Notes under the pieces: generated by a model | Told to the model about the DNA's origin: nothing | Seen by the model: only the letters and a program-made list of their open reading frames with translations | Databases searched by the model: none | In this document: positions 12,801 through 22,868 of the stretch, piece by piece | Layout: each line of letters starts with the position of its first letter | Position numbering within the stretch: position 1 is the stretch's first letter | Made by a program: the position numbers and the translations under genes | Origin: an uncultured Acidimicrobiales bacterium | GTDB taxonomy: Bacteria; Actinomycetota; Acidimicrobiia; Acidimicrobiales; SZUA-35 | DNA length: 64,000 nt | Assembly (NCBI GenBank): GCA_963700755.1 | Contig: CAVOYW010000005.1 | Coordinates: 181,845 to 245,844, forward strand | Direction: 5' to 3'

Positions 12801-13314
12801 ATGAACACGCCGAGCGTCGACCAGATCCCGGTGGCGTACACGCCGACCGGAGGCTGGAAAGACTGGCCGGCCGCCGATCCTGGTCGGCTGTGGCGATCCC
12901 CTTCCGGAGGGGGCACCGGACCTGGATGGTTGGTGGCAGATCATCGAGGTGACCGTCGACGACGACGTCGCCCCCGAGCACCCGATGATGGGGCACGTCT
13001 CGCGCATCGAGCAGGCCGGTAACCGAGTGATCGTTGCCGCAAGCGGCGTCATCCACGACATGCGCTGCGACGGCACGCTCGACAACGGGGTCCACGACGT
13101 GGCCGAGTTCGACAAGACCACCGAGATCACGGTGGCTGCGAGCTACGAGGACGGTGTTCACGTGCTCCGCCCTCGGGGGCTGCCCATCGAGGTCCGCCGG
13201 TGGCGCGATGGCGAACACCTCATGTGGCAGTACGTGGGATTCATCGCTCGTCTGCAACGCCTTGCCCCGTCCGATGCCGATCCGGTCGAGGTGATGGCCT
13301 CGATCGGGCGATGA
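12801..13314 (+). CDS. Conserved hypothetical protein (one frameshift near 12870)
   Basis: RBS GAAAGGA before ATG 12801; MNTPSVDQIPVAYTPTGGWKDWP joins PILVGCGDPLPEGAPDLDGWW...IEQAGNRVIVAASGVIHDMRCDG after a 1-nt shift. Confidence 0.65.
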
Positions 13315-13370
13315 ACGAGGGGCTGGAGGCGACGCGATGTGTTCGTCGCTCGCCTTGCCGCCTCGAATCG

Positions 13371-13931
13371 TCAGGCGGCGGCTTCCTCCTGATCCTCGAA
13401 CGTCGCGAGCGCAGCCTCGAGCCGTGCGACGAGTTCCGGATCGGTCAGCGTGGCCGTCTCCGGGTCGAAGTTCTGGCCGAAGCTCGGAATCGACAGGCTG
13501 GCGAGGACCTCGTTGCCGAAGAACGGGGCCGACGCCACGGCGGTCTGCAACACGTTGCCGCCGCCGCGAGGCCCCATCGAGGTCGACAGCATCACCGTCG
13601 GCTTGTCCTGGTAGACGCGCATGTCGATGCGAGACGTCCAGTCGAAGAGGTTCTTGTAGGCGGCGGTGTAGAGCCCGTTGTGCTCGGCGAACGAGATCAG
13701 CAGGGCGTCGGCGGAGCCGATCTTGGCGTAGAAGTCGTGGGCGGCTTGAGGGATGCCACCCTCGTTCTGGCGATCGATGCTGTAGATCGGCATCTCGTAG
13801 TCGTTCAGGTCGATGGTCTCGATCTCGACGTCGTCGACCGATCGGGCTTCGAGGATCGTCGCGGCGAAGCGAATGAGTTGCTTGTTGATGGAATTGCGGC
13901 TGCTGGTGGCAGCGAAGGCGAGGATCTTCAT
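13371..13931 (-). CDS. NADPH-dependent FMN reductase
   Basis: MKILAFAATSSRNSINKQL, SFAEHNGLYTAAYKNLFDW, LSTSMGPRGG. Confidence 0.92.
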   Translation of the reverse strand: MKILAFAATSSRNSINKQLIRFAATILEARSVDDVEIETIDLNDYEMPIYSIDRQNEGGIPQAAHDFYAKIGSADALLISFAEHNGLYTAAYKNLFDWTSRIDMRVYQDKPTVMLSTSMGPRGGGNVLQTAVASAPFFGNEVLASLSIPSFGQNFDPETATLTDPELVARLEAALATFEDQEEAAA

Positions 13932-14062
13932 GAGCGATGGTTGCTTTCTCGGGTCGAGGAGAAGGTGGTGAAGTAATTCAGATTTCGATCATCCTCGCGG
14001 AGTCCGCAACGGATCGCAAAGTCCGGAGAGCCGAACCTGCTGCGGCCCACTCGTCCACGCGG

Positions 14063-14123
14063 TGTCGAGATCCCACTGTCGGGATCCCACTGTCGGGACC
14101 CCATAGTCGGGACCCCAGGTCGA
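14063..14123. repeat. Intergenic 14-bp tandem repeat, about 4.3 degenerate copies
   Basis: TGTCGAGATCCCAC TGTCGGGATCCCAC TGTCGGGACCCCAT AGTCGGGACCCCAG GTCGA. Confidence 0.85.
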
Positions 14124-14375
14124 GCGTCGGTGGGCCGGAGCCCCGAGACCGACTCCCCGGCGGTCGGGCCGACGGCAGGACAAGTGACCTTGGGCTCTCA
14201 CGACGAAGCCGGGGTCGGCGCGACGCTGCAGCCGAGGAGCACCAGCAGCGGAACACTGCAGGAGAGGAACACCCTCGCCGAGGAACGTCGATGTGCACAT
14301 GGTCAGGAGCCCCGTCGGTCGCCACGACGTCCCCGACACGTCGAAGGCAATCCATGAGATACCGGTGATGAGTCG

Positions 14376-15743
14376 ATGAGGGCACCGACCCCGCGGCTGC
14401 CGAGACGTCTCGCTTCGCGAAGCGAGAGCGAGGACGCCCGGTTGGCGCACCTGCGCGACTCGCTGCGCACCGGCTTGTGGTTCGTGCCGAGCCTGTTCGT
14501 CGTGGGCGCGTTCGTTCTCTCGGTGGCGACGATCGCGCTGGATCGGCGGCTCGGCGGTGAACCCAGCTGGCTCTCGTTCAGCGGCGGGCCGACGAGTGCC
14601 CAACAGATCCTCACCACGATCGCGACCTCGATGATGACGTTCACCGGGCTCGTGTTCTCGATCACGATCGTCGCGCTGCAGCTGGCCAGCAGTCAGTTCT
14701 CGCCCCGGGTGTTGCGTGCCTTTCTCCGAGACCGTGGCAGTCAGGGTGCGCTCGGGGTGTTCACTGCCACGTTCGCCTTCGCCTTGTCCACGCTCGTCCA
14801 GGTGCGCACCGGGACCGTCGGGACCGTGTTCGTCCCCGGGTTGTCGGTCAGCCTGGCCATCGCCTTCATGGTGGTGAGCCTGCTCACCTTCGTGTACTAC
14901 GTGAACCACGTCGCACAGTCGATTCGGGTGGTCAACATCATCGAGGCCGTCGCGGCCGAGACCCGGTTGGCGATCGACGAGGTGTATCCCGCCGCTGGTG
15001 GTGAGGGTGGCCCGCCGGTCGTCGCTCCGGTCTTCACCGAGCCTCGGCAGCGAATCGAGCTTTCCGGCCGTGGCGGCGCCGTCGTCGCGGGGCTCGATGT
15101 CGCCGGGCTGGTCGAGATCGGTCGTCACTACGGTTGCGTCCTGCGCCTCGTGCCCGACCTCGGCGATTTCGTTGCCGAGGGGGCGCTGCTGGTCGAGGTT
15201 CATGGCGGTGATCGGACCGTGCCCGCCGGGCTCGTCCGTCGGCAGCTCGAGCTCGGGCGCGAACGAAGTATGCGCCAGGATCCGGCGTACGGCTTTCGTC
15301 AGCTGGTCGACATCGCCGAGAAGGCGTTGTCCCCGTCGCTGAACGACCCGACCACCGCCGTCCAGGCGCTGGATCGGATCCACGACCTGCTGCGGAGGGT
15401 GATGTCGCGACCCCAGCCCGTCGGGGTGTACCACGACGGCGACGGCGAGGTTCGATTCGTTCGCAAGGTGACGTCCTGGGCCGGCCTGGTCGTCCTGGCC
15501 TTCGAGGAGGTTCGTGAGTACGGCGGCTCGTCGATCCAGGTCCACCGTCGATTGCGAGCCTCACTCGAGGAGCTGCTCGAGGTCGCACCTCCCGAACGAC
15601 GTGAACCCCTGCTGCGTCAGCTTCGGCTGCAAGAACAGAGCGCCGCCCGGTACTTCCCCGAGCCCGAGGAACGTCATCTGGCCGAGGAGGCCGACGAATC
15701 GGGGCTCGGGAGCGACGACGACGGGGACGACCCCGCTGGGTGA
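14376..15743 (+). CDS. DUF2254 family membrane protein
   Basis: FSITIVALQLASSQFSPRVL and QDPAYGFRQLVDIAEKALSPSLNDPTTAVQALD. Confidence 0.9.
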   Translation: MRAPTPRLPRRLASRSESEDARLAHLRDSLRTGLWFVPSLFVVGAFVLSVATIALDRRLGGEPSWLSFSGGPTSAQQILTTIATSMMTFTGLVFSITIVALQLASSQFSPRVLRAFLRDRGSQGALGVFTATFAFALSTLVQVRTGTVGTVFVPGLSVSLAIAFMVVSLLTFVYYVNHVAQSIRVVNIIEAVAAETRLAIDEVYPAAGGEGGPPVVAPVFTEPRQRIELSGRGGAVVAGLDVAGLVEIGRHYGCVLRLVPDLGDFVAEGALLVEVHGGDRTVPAGLVRRQLELGRERSMRQDPAYGFRQLVDIAEKALSPSLNDPTTAVQALDRIHDLLRRVMSRPQPVGVYHDGDGEVRFVRKVTSWAGLVVLAFEEVREYGGSSIQVHRRLRASLEELLEVAPPERREPLLRQLRLQEQSAARYFPEPEERHLAEEADESGLGSDDDGDDPAG

Positions 15744-15752
15744 GTGGCGGAG

Positions 15753-16130
15753 TCAGAGGCGTGACCACCGGCGGCGCACCACGTCGGTGGCGACCTCGAC
15801 ATCGACTCCGAGCTGGCGCGCGGCGATGACGTAGGCATCGGCCGCCTCGGCCAGAGCAGTGGCGGGCGAGTCGGTGTCGAGCGTGATTCCGGCGGGGTCG
15901 AGGACGAAGCTTCCCTTGTGGCCGCGAGTCTCGAGCACTCGGTGTTCCTCGAGGAGCGAGTAGGCCTTTGCCACCGTGCCCTTGGCCAGCTGCAGGTCGT
16001 TGGCGAGCTGGCGAATCGTGGGCATCCGCGTCCCGGGCTCGAGTGTCCCGGACACGACCATGCGAACCACCTGCTCCCGAATCTGCTCGTACACCGGGAG
16101 CGCCAGATTGGCGTCGACTCGCAACATCAT
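15753..16130 (-). CDS. GntR family (YtrA-type) transcriptional regulator
   Basis: PVYEQIREQ...LEPGTRMPTIRQLANDLQLAKGTVAKAYSLLE; short C-terminal domain. Confidence 0.92.
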   Translation of the reverse strand: MMLRVDANLALPVYEQIREQVVRMVVSGTLEPGTRMPTIRQLANDLQLAKGTVAKAYSLLEEHRVLETRGHKGSFVLDPAGITLDTDSPATALAEAADAYVIAARQLGVDVEVATDVVRRRWSRL

Positions 16131-17017
16131 GGGCGAACAGCCGACAGCAGGTTGGAGCGACTCTGGCGGCTCGATACGTACCACGCCAACGCTGCGACCC
16201 ACAGGACGGCAGCGCCTGCGCCGTAGCCGGTACCCGTGCCGAGCTCGCTCAACGCCCGGGCCAGGAGTGCAACGCCGAGCGCGATCGACGGCCTGGTGAA
16301 GCCCTGCGTGGCGGCCAGTCGGCGCAGGAGGTCATCGGCCGATCGAAGATCCGGGGGAAGGGCGGGGCGGTGACGCAACACCACCGATCGCTGGAGCCCG
16401 GCGGCCGCCGACACGGCGACCGTTGCACCGATGCTGCTCACCATGGCGACGGTTCGGCCGTCGGCCGAGGAGCGGACGGAGGCAACGGTGAAGATGATGG
16501 CGAGGCCTCCCACCACGATCAGCGCCAGCAGGTCGGTGTGCGACACATAGTCAGCCGTTCGTCTCACCAGGAGCTCCGCACTCCGGCGCGCACCGGAGCG
16601 GCGTCGGACAACGTGGATCTCGGCCAGTCCTCCGCCCACGGCAACTCCGGCCAGTATCCAACAGAGCAGGGTGAGCAGGCTTCCATCCAGGAAACCGATT
16701 CCCAGGACGCAGCCCACGGTGCCGCCGACGAAGCGGAAGTACTTGGATCGCCGCAACCATCGGGCCAGGAGTTCCTGTGACGCCCCATCGGACACCAGCA
16801 CCGCAGCACGTTCCTCGGCATCGGGATCGTGGCCGGCGAGGTTCAATCCGAGAGTCAGCACGAACGCGGTCAGGGTGAGCGCGACGGCCATGATGAGCCA
16901 CAGCGGCCCGCCCCCTCCGTCGCTCGAGACGGCGACGAGGGGGATCATGGTCGCCACCGACCCGAGGAGGAAGAGCGGCCAACGACGACGACCGAGCATG
17001 TCGAGCAGGCGCCTCAT
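16127..17017 (-). CDS. Multi-pass membrane protein of unknown function
   Basis: Several hydrophobic segments; 4-nt overlaps with both neighbours. Confidence 0.75.
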   Translation of the reverse strand: MRRLLDMLGRRRWPLFLLGSVATMIPLVAVSSDGGGGPLWLIMAVALTLTAFVLTLGLNLAGHDPDAEERAAVLVSDGASQELLARWLRRSKYFRFVGGTVGCVLGIGFLDGSLLTLLCWILAGVAVGGGLAEIHVVRRRSGARRSAELLVRRTADYVSHTDLLALIVVGGLAIIFTVASVRSSADGRTVAMVSSIGATVAVSAAAGLQRSVVLRHRPALPPDLRSADDLLRRLAATQGFTRPSIALGVALLARALSELGTGTGYGAGAAVLWVAALAWYVSSRQSRSNLLSAVRP

Positions 17018-17772
17018 CGTGCGACCTCGCAGGCAACGTCGAGGGGGTGCGCTCCGGTGACGAGCTCGTCACCGATCAGAATCGAACTCTCCACGCCGTT
17101 CTCCCCGATCGGGTCCTGATCGAGGCGGAGCCAGCGAGACAGGGGCGGGAAGGCGCCATCGCCGAAGTCGAGCCGCACGTCGGCCACGCCCCACGTCCTT
17201 CCTTCGCCCTCCCACCGATCGGCCTCGGGTGCGTTCGAACAGTCGAGCGGATCGAACCAGAGGGCCAGGAAGGCCGTTTCTCCGGGTTGGACCGTCACGG
17301 GGAGGGCAGCCGCCGTGTCGAGCTCCGATTCGTCGACCGGCGTGGCGGCCGATGTGTCGACGCCGCCGGCCTCCCCTGCCGAATACCCTCGGTCCTCACG
17401 CGCCGGCGTCCCACCACGACGGTCGAGGGGTGGCTCGATCAGCACCCGAACCTCGACGAGTTCGGCGCCGGGAGCATCGAGTGCGACGTCGGTGATCCGG
17501 ATCGCTCGCCCGCTGTTGTTCGGCAACATGACGCGAGCCACGGTGACGCCTCGTTCCCCATCGGCTTCGAGAAGGCGTCCGGAGCTGTAGCTGGTTCCGG
17601 CGGTCGGTCTGGGCCACAGGTAGCCGCCGAAGTTGAGGAAGGTGAATCCGGCAGCGAGCACGACGAGGCTCGTGCCGGCCAGCAGCTTGCGTCCTTCGGA
17701 CATCGGGGGCGGAATCAGCTGATCGAGGCGGTCGCCGAGTTCGTCGGGAGATTCGGTGAGGATGACGGACAT
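17014..17772 (-). CDS. Membrane-anchored hypothetical protein with extracellular beta-rich domain
   Basis: RBS AGGAG upstream of ATG 17772; one TM helix, then LPNNSGRAIRITDV...LPVTVQPGET. Confidence 0.65.
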   Translation of the reverse strand: MSVILTESPDELGDRLDQLIPPPMSEGRKLLAGTSLVVLAAGFTFLNFGGYLWPRPTAGTSYSSGRLLEADGERGVTVARVMLPNNSGRAIRITDVALDAPGAELVEVRVLIEPPLDRRGGTPAREDRGYSAGEAGGVDTSAATPVDESELDTAAALPVTVQPGETAFLALWFDPLDCSNAPEADRWEGEGRTWGVADVRLDFGDGAFPPLSRWLRLDQDPIGENGVESSILIGDELVTGAHPLDVACEVAR

Positions 17773-17810
17773 CGTCGATGGTGCTCCTGGTGCGCCTCGC
17801 CGTTCGAGGC

Positions 17811-17858
17811 TTGTCTCATGACTATGAGACAAACTCTTGTCACAGTCAACTGATACAA
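17811..17858. promoter_or_regulatory. Two tandem GntR/YtrA-type operators
   Basis: Perfect palindrome TTGTCTCAT-gact-ATGAGACAA (17811-17832) and imperfect TTGTCACAG-tcaa-CTGATACAA (17837-17858), upstream of the GntR operon. Confidence 0.75.
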
Positions 17859-17875
17859 CGGTTCGGATCCGGATA

Positions 17876-17915
17876 TTCACTCACTGTTCACTGAGTCAAT
17901 TGGATCTGAGTGAAT
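17876..17915. promoter_or_regulatory. Probable ArsR operator of the ars operon
   Basis: ACTCA-N8-TGAGT (17879-17896) overlapping AGTCA-N8-TGAGT; outer inverted repeat TTCACTCA...TGAGTGAA. Confidence 0.65.
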
Positions 17916-17927
17916 AGGATCGTCGGA

Positions 17928-18650
17928 ATGAACGAGATCCTCGAGCAGCGGGCTGCCCTGCATGCGGCACTGGGCGAGCCGATTCGCCTGGCCATCGTCG
18001 AGGACCTCGCCCACAGCGACCGTTCCCCGATCGAACTGATCCACCGGTACGGCTTGGCGTCGAACCTCCTCGCCCACCACCTCGACGTTCTCGAGTCGGC
18101 CGGGCTGATCGAGCGGTTCGTTTCCGAAGGCGACCGTCGTCGTCGCTACGTCCGCCTCGTTCGTTCACCCCTCGCCGACCTCGGTATCCGCACGGCCCGA
18201 CCCCCGGGTCGTGTCCTCTTCGTCTGTTCGCACAACTCGGCACGGTCCCAGTTGGCAGCAGCTCTGTGGAAACGGCGCACCGGTGCGGAGGCCTCGTCGG
18301 CCGGGACCCACCCGGCCCCCCGGGTCCATCCCGGCGCGATCGCAGCCGGACGTCGGGCCGGCCTCGATCTGCGTGCTCAGGTGCCCCGAGTGCTTCGGCC
18401 CGACGAGACCGCCGAGCTGGTCGTCACGGTCTGCGACCGAGCCCACGAGGAGCTCGACCCCGACGACTCGTGGTGGCACTGGTCGATTCCCGATCCCGTC
18501 GCCATCGGCACCCCGCCGGCGTTCGACGAAGCACTCGCCGATCTCGACGCTCGCATCACCGCAGTCACCGACCCAGAAGGAGCAACGGCAACGATGGAGA
18601 ACGAAGACATGACGACACCCTCCGGTCGCGATCGGGGCGTGGGCCGATGA
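17928..18650 (+). CDS. ArsR helix-turn-helix fused to LMW-PTP-type arsenate reductase domain
   Basis: [13 protein letters not shown]...[10 protein letters not shown], then [13 protein letters not shown] (CX5R), SAGT, VTVCD, HWSIPDP. Confidence 0.88.
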   Translation: MNEILEQRAALHAALGEPIRLAIVEDLAHSDRSPIELIHRYGLASNLLAHHLDVLESAGLIERFVSEGDRRRRYVRLVRSPLADLGIRTARPPGRVLFVCSHNSARSQLAAALWKRRTGAEASSAGTHPAPRVHPGAIAAGRRAGLDLRAQVPRVLRPDETAELVVTVCDRAHEELDPDDSWWHWSIPDPVAIGTPPAFDEALADLDARITAVTDPEGATATMENEDMTTPSGRDRGVGR

Positions 18651-19666
18651 CCATCCGAATCGGGATCAACGGATTCGGCCGGATCGGCCGCCTGGTCGTG
18701 CGGTCCCTGCGCGATCGGCGCGATCTGCAGCTCGTCCACGTGAACGAGCTCTCGGGCGATGTGGCGACCGCAGCGCATCTGCTCGAGTTCGACACGGTGC
18801 ATGGTCGCTTTGCCGGCACGGTGGGGACCGACGGTGTGTCGCTCGTCGTCGACGGCGAAACCGTCACCTACTCCTCGAAGAGCTCCCCGGCCGAGGTGCC
18901 GTGGAACGACCACGGGGTCGACCTCGTGCTCGAGTGCAGCGGAGCCTTCAAGACGACCGAGACCCTGGCGCCCTATTTCGACCGGGGTGTTCGCAAGGTG
19001 ATCGTCGCCGCGCCGGTGAAGAGCGAGGGTGTCCTCAACATCGTCATGGGCTGCAACGACGATCTCTACGACCCCGCCACCGACCACGTGGTGACCGCCG
19101 CGTCGTGCACCACGAACTGCCTGGCGCCGGTCGTCAAGGTCCTCCACGAACGGATCGGGATCGAGCGGGGTGTCATCACGACGATCCACGACGTGACCAA
19201 CACCCAGGTCATCGTGGATGCGCCCCACCGAGATCTCCGGCGGGCCCGGTCGGCTCTGAACTCATTGATCCCCACCAGCACGGGTTCGGCAACGGCGATC
19301 ACCCTGATCTATCCGGAACTGGAGGGGAAGCTCAACGGACTCGCCGTTCGGGTTCCCCTCCTCAATGCATCCCTGACCGACGCGGTGTTCACCATGTCGC
19401 GCGACGTGACCGTCGACGAGGTCAACGCTCACCTGCGGGCCGCGGCCGAGGGCGACCTCGCCGGCATCCTCGGTTTCGAGGATCGACCGCTCGTGTCGGC
19501 CGACTACACCAACGACACCCGGTCCGGCATCGTCGACGGACCCTCGACGATGGTGATCGACGACCGAATGGTCAAGGTTCTCATCTGGTACGACAACGAG
19601 TACGGCTACGCCTTCCGCATGGCCGACCTCGCAGCCAAGGTCGCGGCCGGCCTCTCGCCACGATGA
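18647..19666 (+). CDS. ArsJ-associated glyceraldehyde-3-phosphate dehydrogenase
   Basis: [29 protein letters not shown]; translationally coupled to arsJ. Confidence 0.93.
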   Translation: MTIRIGINGFGRIGRLVVRSLRDRRDLQLVHVNELSGDVATAAHLLEFDTVHGRFAGTVGTDGVSLVVDGETVTYSSKSSPAEVPWNDHGVDLVLECSGAFKTTETLAPYFDRGVRKVIVAAPVKSEGVLNIVMGCNDDLYDPATDHVVTAASCTTNCLAPVVKVLHERIGIERGVITTIHDVTNTQVIVDAPHRDLRRARSALNSLIPTSTGSATAITLIYPELEGKLNGLAVRVPLLNASLTDAVFTMSRDVTVDEVNAHLRAAAEGDLAGILGFEDRPLVSADYTNDTRSGIVDGPSTMVIDDRMVKVLIWYDNEYGYAFRMADLAAKVAAGLSPR

Positions 19667-20973
19667 AGGTCCGGAACTATGTGTTGGTCACCGCCGGATA
19701 CTGGGCCTTCACGCTCACCGACGGTGCGCTCCGAATGCTGGTGCTGCTCTACTTCCACGAGCTCGGCTACTCGCCGGTGGCGATCGCCTTCCTCTTCCTG
19801 CTCTACGAGTTCATGGGGATCGTCACCAACCTGATCGGCGGTTGGGTCGGCGCCCGGTCGGGGCTGAATCGAACGTTGCTCGCCGGACTGTCCCTCCAGA
19901 TCGTTGCATTGGTCGCCCTGACGTTCCACGAACCCAGCTGGCGGGAGTGGGTGTCGGTCGGCTTCGTGATGGGAGCCCAGGCGCTGTCGGGGGTGGCCAA
20001 GGACCTCACCAAGATGAGTTCGAAGAGCGCCGTCAAGTTCGTCGTCGGTGACGGCGACGGCGCCCTGTTCCGGATGGTCGCCCTGCTGACCGGATCGAAG
20101 AACGCGTTGAAGGGCGTCGGGTTCTTCATCGGCGCCGCCCTGCTCTCGTGGGTCGGCTACGACGCGGCGTTGTGGACCATGGCCGCTCTCATCACCGCAG
20201 CCCTGATCGCGGTGGCGGTGCTACTCGACGAGGACATCGGCAAGGCCAAGAAGAAGCCACCGCTTCGTTCGATCCTCTCGAAGTCGACCGCCATCAACCG
20301 CCTCTCGGCGGCCCGGTTCTTCCTGTTCGGGTCGCGCGACATCTGGTTCGTCGTCGCACTCCCGGTCTTCCTCGACGACGTCCTCGGCTGGTCCTACGAG
20401 GGCATCGGCGCCTTTCTCGCCGCCTGGGTCATCGGCTACGGCATCGTGCAATCGGCCGCGCCACGGCTGCTGCGTCGATCCACCGGAGGGATCTCGGCCG
20501 AGATCGGGGCCGCCCGGGTCTGGGCGCTCGTGCTCGCCGGAGTCTCCGGCACGATCGCGGTTGCCGTCGCGTTCGACTTCGAGACCACCACCGCCATCGT
20601 TGGCGGGCTGATCGTGTTCGGGGTGGTGTTCGCCCTCAACTCGTCGCTCCACTCGTATCTGATCCTCGCGTACGCCGAGGGCGACGACGTCTCTCTCGAC
20701 GTGGGCTTCTACTACTCGGCCAACGCCATGGGACGGCTCGTCGGCACCCTGTTGTCGGGTACGCTCTATCTGTGGGGTGGGCTCGAGGCCGCGCTCTGGG
20801 GATCGACTGCCTTCGTTGCCATCACCTGGGTCCTCACCCTTCGCCTGCCGCCGCTCGTGCCTGCACCGAAGAGCGGTCGCGGGGTCATGCCGGCGGCGGG
20901 CTCTGCGGGTAGTAGCGCCCTCGGGCCCACAGGGCCACGTACACCAGGCCGACCAGCACCGGGACCTCGATGA
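19663..20973 (+). CDS. arsJ: Organoarsenical efflux MFS transporter ArsJ
   Basis: [59 protein letters not shown]. Confidence 0.93.
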   Translation: MKVRNYVLVTAGYWAFTLTDGALRMLVLLYFHELGYSPVAIAFLFLLYEFMGIVTNLIGGWVGARSGLNRTLLAGLSLQIVALVALTFHEPSWREWVSVGFVMGAQALSGVAKDLTKMSSKSAVKFVVGDGDGALFRMVALLTGSKNALKGVGFFIGAALLSWVGYDAALWTMAALITAALIAVAVLLDEDIGKAKKKPPLRSILSKSTAINRLSAARFFLFGSRDIWFVVALPVFLDDVLGWSYEGIGAFLAAWVIGYGIVQSAAPRLLRRSTGGISAEIGAARVWALVLAGVSGTIAVAVAFDFETTTAIVGGLIVFGVVFALNSSLHSYLILAYAEGDDVSLDVGFYYSANAMGRLVGTLLSGTLYLWGGLEAALWGSTAFVAITWVLTLRLPPLVPAPKSGRGVMPAAGSAGSSALGPTGPRTPGRPAPGPR

Positions 20974-21961
20974 GCGGTCCGACGACGCCGGCCAGCGCCT
21001 GACCCGAGGTGACGCCGAAGACCCCGATGGCGACGGCGATCGCCAGCTCGAAGTTGTTGCCGGCAGCGGTGAACGCGAGCGTGGCGTTCTTCTCGTAGCC
21101 CAGTCCCAGACGAAGCCCGAGCGCGAACGACGAGGCCCACATGATCCCGAAGTAGGCGAGGAGTGGCAGGGCGATCCGCGCCACGTCGGCCGGTTTGTCG
21201 GTGATGGTCTCGCCCTGCAGCGCGAACAGGATCACGATCGTGAACAGCAGTCCGTACAGGGCCACCGGACCGATTCGGGGCAGGAACGTGTTCTCGTACC
21301 AGTCGACCCCTCGGCTGGCTTCGCCCCAGCGCCGCGTGAGGTAACCGGCAGCGAGCGGGATGCCCAGGAAGACGAGCACGATCTTGGCGATCTCCCACAT
21401 CGAGACGTCCAGCTCTGCGGTGTCGAGACCGAGCCAGCCGGGCAGGAGCTCGAGATAGAACCAGCCGAGCACGGCGTAGGCCAGGATCTGGAACACCGAG
21501 TTGAGTGCCACCAGCACCGCAGCCGCCTCACGATCCCCGCAGGCCAGGTCGTTCCAGATCAACACCATGGCGATGCAGCGGGCCAGGCCCACGATGATGA
21601 GACCGGTGCGGTACTCGGGGAGGTCCGGGAGCAGGATCCACGCCAGCGTGAACATCAGCGCCGGGCCGACCAGCCAGTTCATCACCAGCGAACCGATCAT
21701 CAGGCCTCGGTCGGCGGCGACCTCGTCGATCTTGGAGTACCGAACCTTGGCCAGCACCGGATACATCATGGCCAGAAGGCCGATGGCGATCGGCAGCGAC
21801 ACCGTCCCGATCTTGACGCTGTCGAGCCAGTCGTTCAGATCCGGGATGAGGCGACCCAAGCCGATTCCCAGACCCATGGCGGCGATGATCCAGACCGGCA
21901 GGAATCGATCGAGCATCGACAAGCGTTCGAGCACCGGGGTATCGATTGCCGTTTCGGTCAT
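20885..21961 (-). CDS. acr3: ACR3 family arsenite efflux transporter
   Basis: [44 protein letters not shown]. Confidence 0.96.
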   Translation of the reverse strand: MTETAIDTPVLERLSMLDRFLPVWIIAAMGLGIGLGRLIPDLNDWLDSVKIGTVSLPIAIGLLAMMYPVLAKVRYSKIDEVAADRGLMIGSLVMNWLVGPALMFTLAWILLPDLPEYRTGLIIVGLARCIAMVLIWNDLACGDREAAAVLVALNSVFQILAYAVLGWFYLELLPGWLGLDTAELDVSMWEIAKIVLVFLGIPLAAGYLTRRWGEASRGVDWYENTFLPRIGPVALYGLLFTIVILFALQGETITDKPADVARIALPLLAYFGIMWASSFALGLRLGLGYEKNATLAFTAAGNNFELAIAVAIGVFGVTSGQALAGVVGPLIEVPVLVGLVYVALWARGRYYPQSPPPA

Positions 21962-22054
21962 TGTGCGTCCCGTTCATCGGCGAGGGATGATCAGACCGAT
22001 CTTGCCCGAGTTCTCACGGTTTCCCGCACGAGATCCGACTTCAGAAAGCCCGGT

Positions 22055-22840
22055 ATGGCCACCCCGACGACACCACCCGACTCCGATCCAGCCTACGACA
22101 TCGAGTTCTTCTGGGATCCGGTCTGTCCCTTCGCCTGGATCACCTCCCGCTGGGTCGAGAAGGTCGCGGCCCAGACCGACTACGCCGTCGACTGGCGATT
22201 CATCTCGCTCCGGCTGCTGAACAAGGACAAGGACTACGCCACCGAGTTCCCGCCCGAATACGAACGCGGCCACACCGCCGGGCTGCGGATGCTCCGGGTG
22301 GCCGCCGCCGTCCGCAACGACCTCGGCCGAGCACCGATGGGCGATCTCGTCACCGCCTACGGCCAGAGCTACTGGGACCGGCCCCGGGGTTCGGGCATGC
22401 GAGACAGGCTGAGCTCGACCGAACACGTCGTCGAGGTCCTCGCTGCGGCCGGGATCGACACCGGATACGCCGATGCACTCGACGACACGTCGTGGGACGA
22501 GCTCCTCGACGCCGAGACCGAGTTGGCGCTCGAGCGAACCGGCCGCGATGTCGGCACGCCGATCATCACGTTCCGACCACCGGACGGCTTGTCGTTCTTC
22601 GGTCCCGTCATCTCCCGGGTGCCGAGCGACGCCGAGGCCGTTCCGCTCTGGAATGCCGTCACCACGCTGGCGGCGTTTCCCGGTTTCGCCGAGATGAAAC
22701 GCAGCCTGCGCGAGGTCCCGCAACTCACCATCCTCGGTGCCTCACCCGAATCGGCGCCGGCCCGAGAAGACTGGAAGGGTGGCCATCGAGTGGGCCACCT
22801 CGCCTCCGACCGGGCCACTGCGGGCGGAGCGAACGACTGA
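22055..22840 (+). CDS. DsbA-like thioredoxin-fold protein, Rv2466c/mycoredoxin-2 family
   Basis: FFWDPVCPFAWITSRW, DVGTPII, FFGPVISRVP, FAEMKRS. Confidence 0.85.
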   Translation: MATPTTPPDSDPAYDIEFFWDPVCPFAWITSRWVEKVAAQTDYAVDWRFISLRLLNKDKDYATEFPPEYERGHTAGLRMLRVAAAVRNDLGRAPMGDLVTAYGQSYWDRPRGSGMRDRLSSTEHVVEVLAAAGIDTGYADALDDTSWDELLDAETELALERTGRDVGTPIITFRPPDGLSFFGPVISRVPSDAEAVPLWNAVTTLAAFPGFAEMKRSLREVPQLTILGASPESAPAREDWKGGHRVGHLASDRATAGGAND

Positions 22841-22868
22841 CCGAGCACTCGTCGGGCGTTGTCGGCGG

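Noticed and set aside
18901-22840. ORF-track N-terminal extensions of arsJ (690 aa) and the DsbA-like gene (687 aa)
   Set aside because: The extensions overlap GAPDH or acr3 and are Arg/Pro-rich noise. Real starts are at 19663 and 22055.
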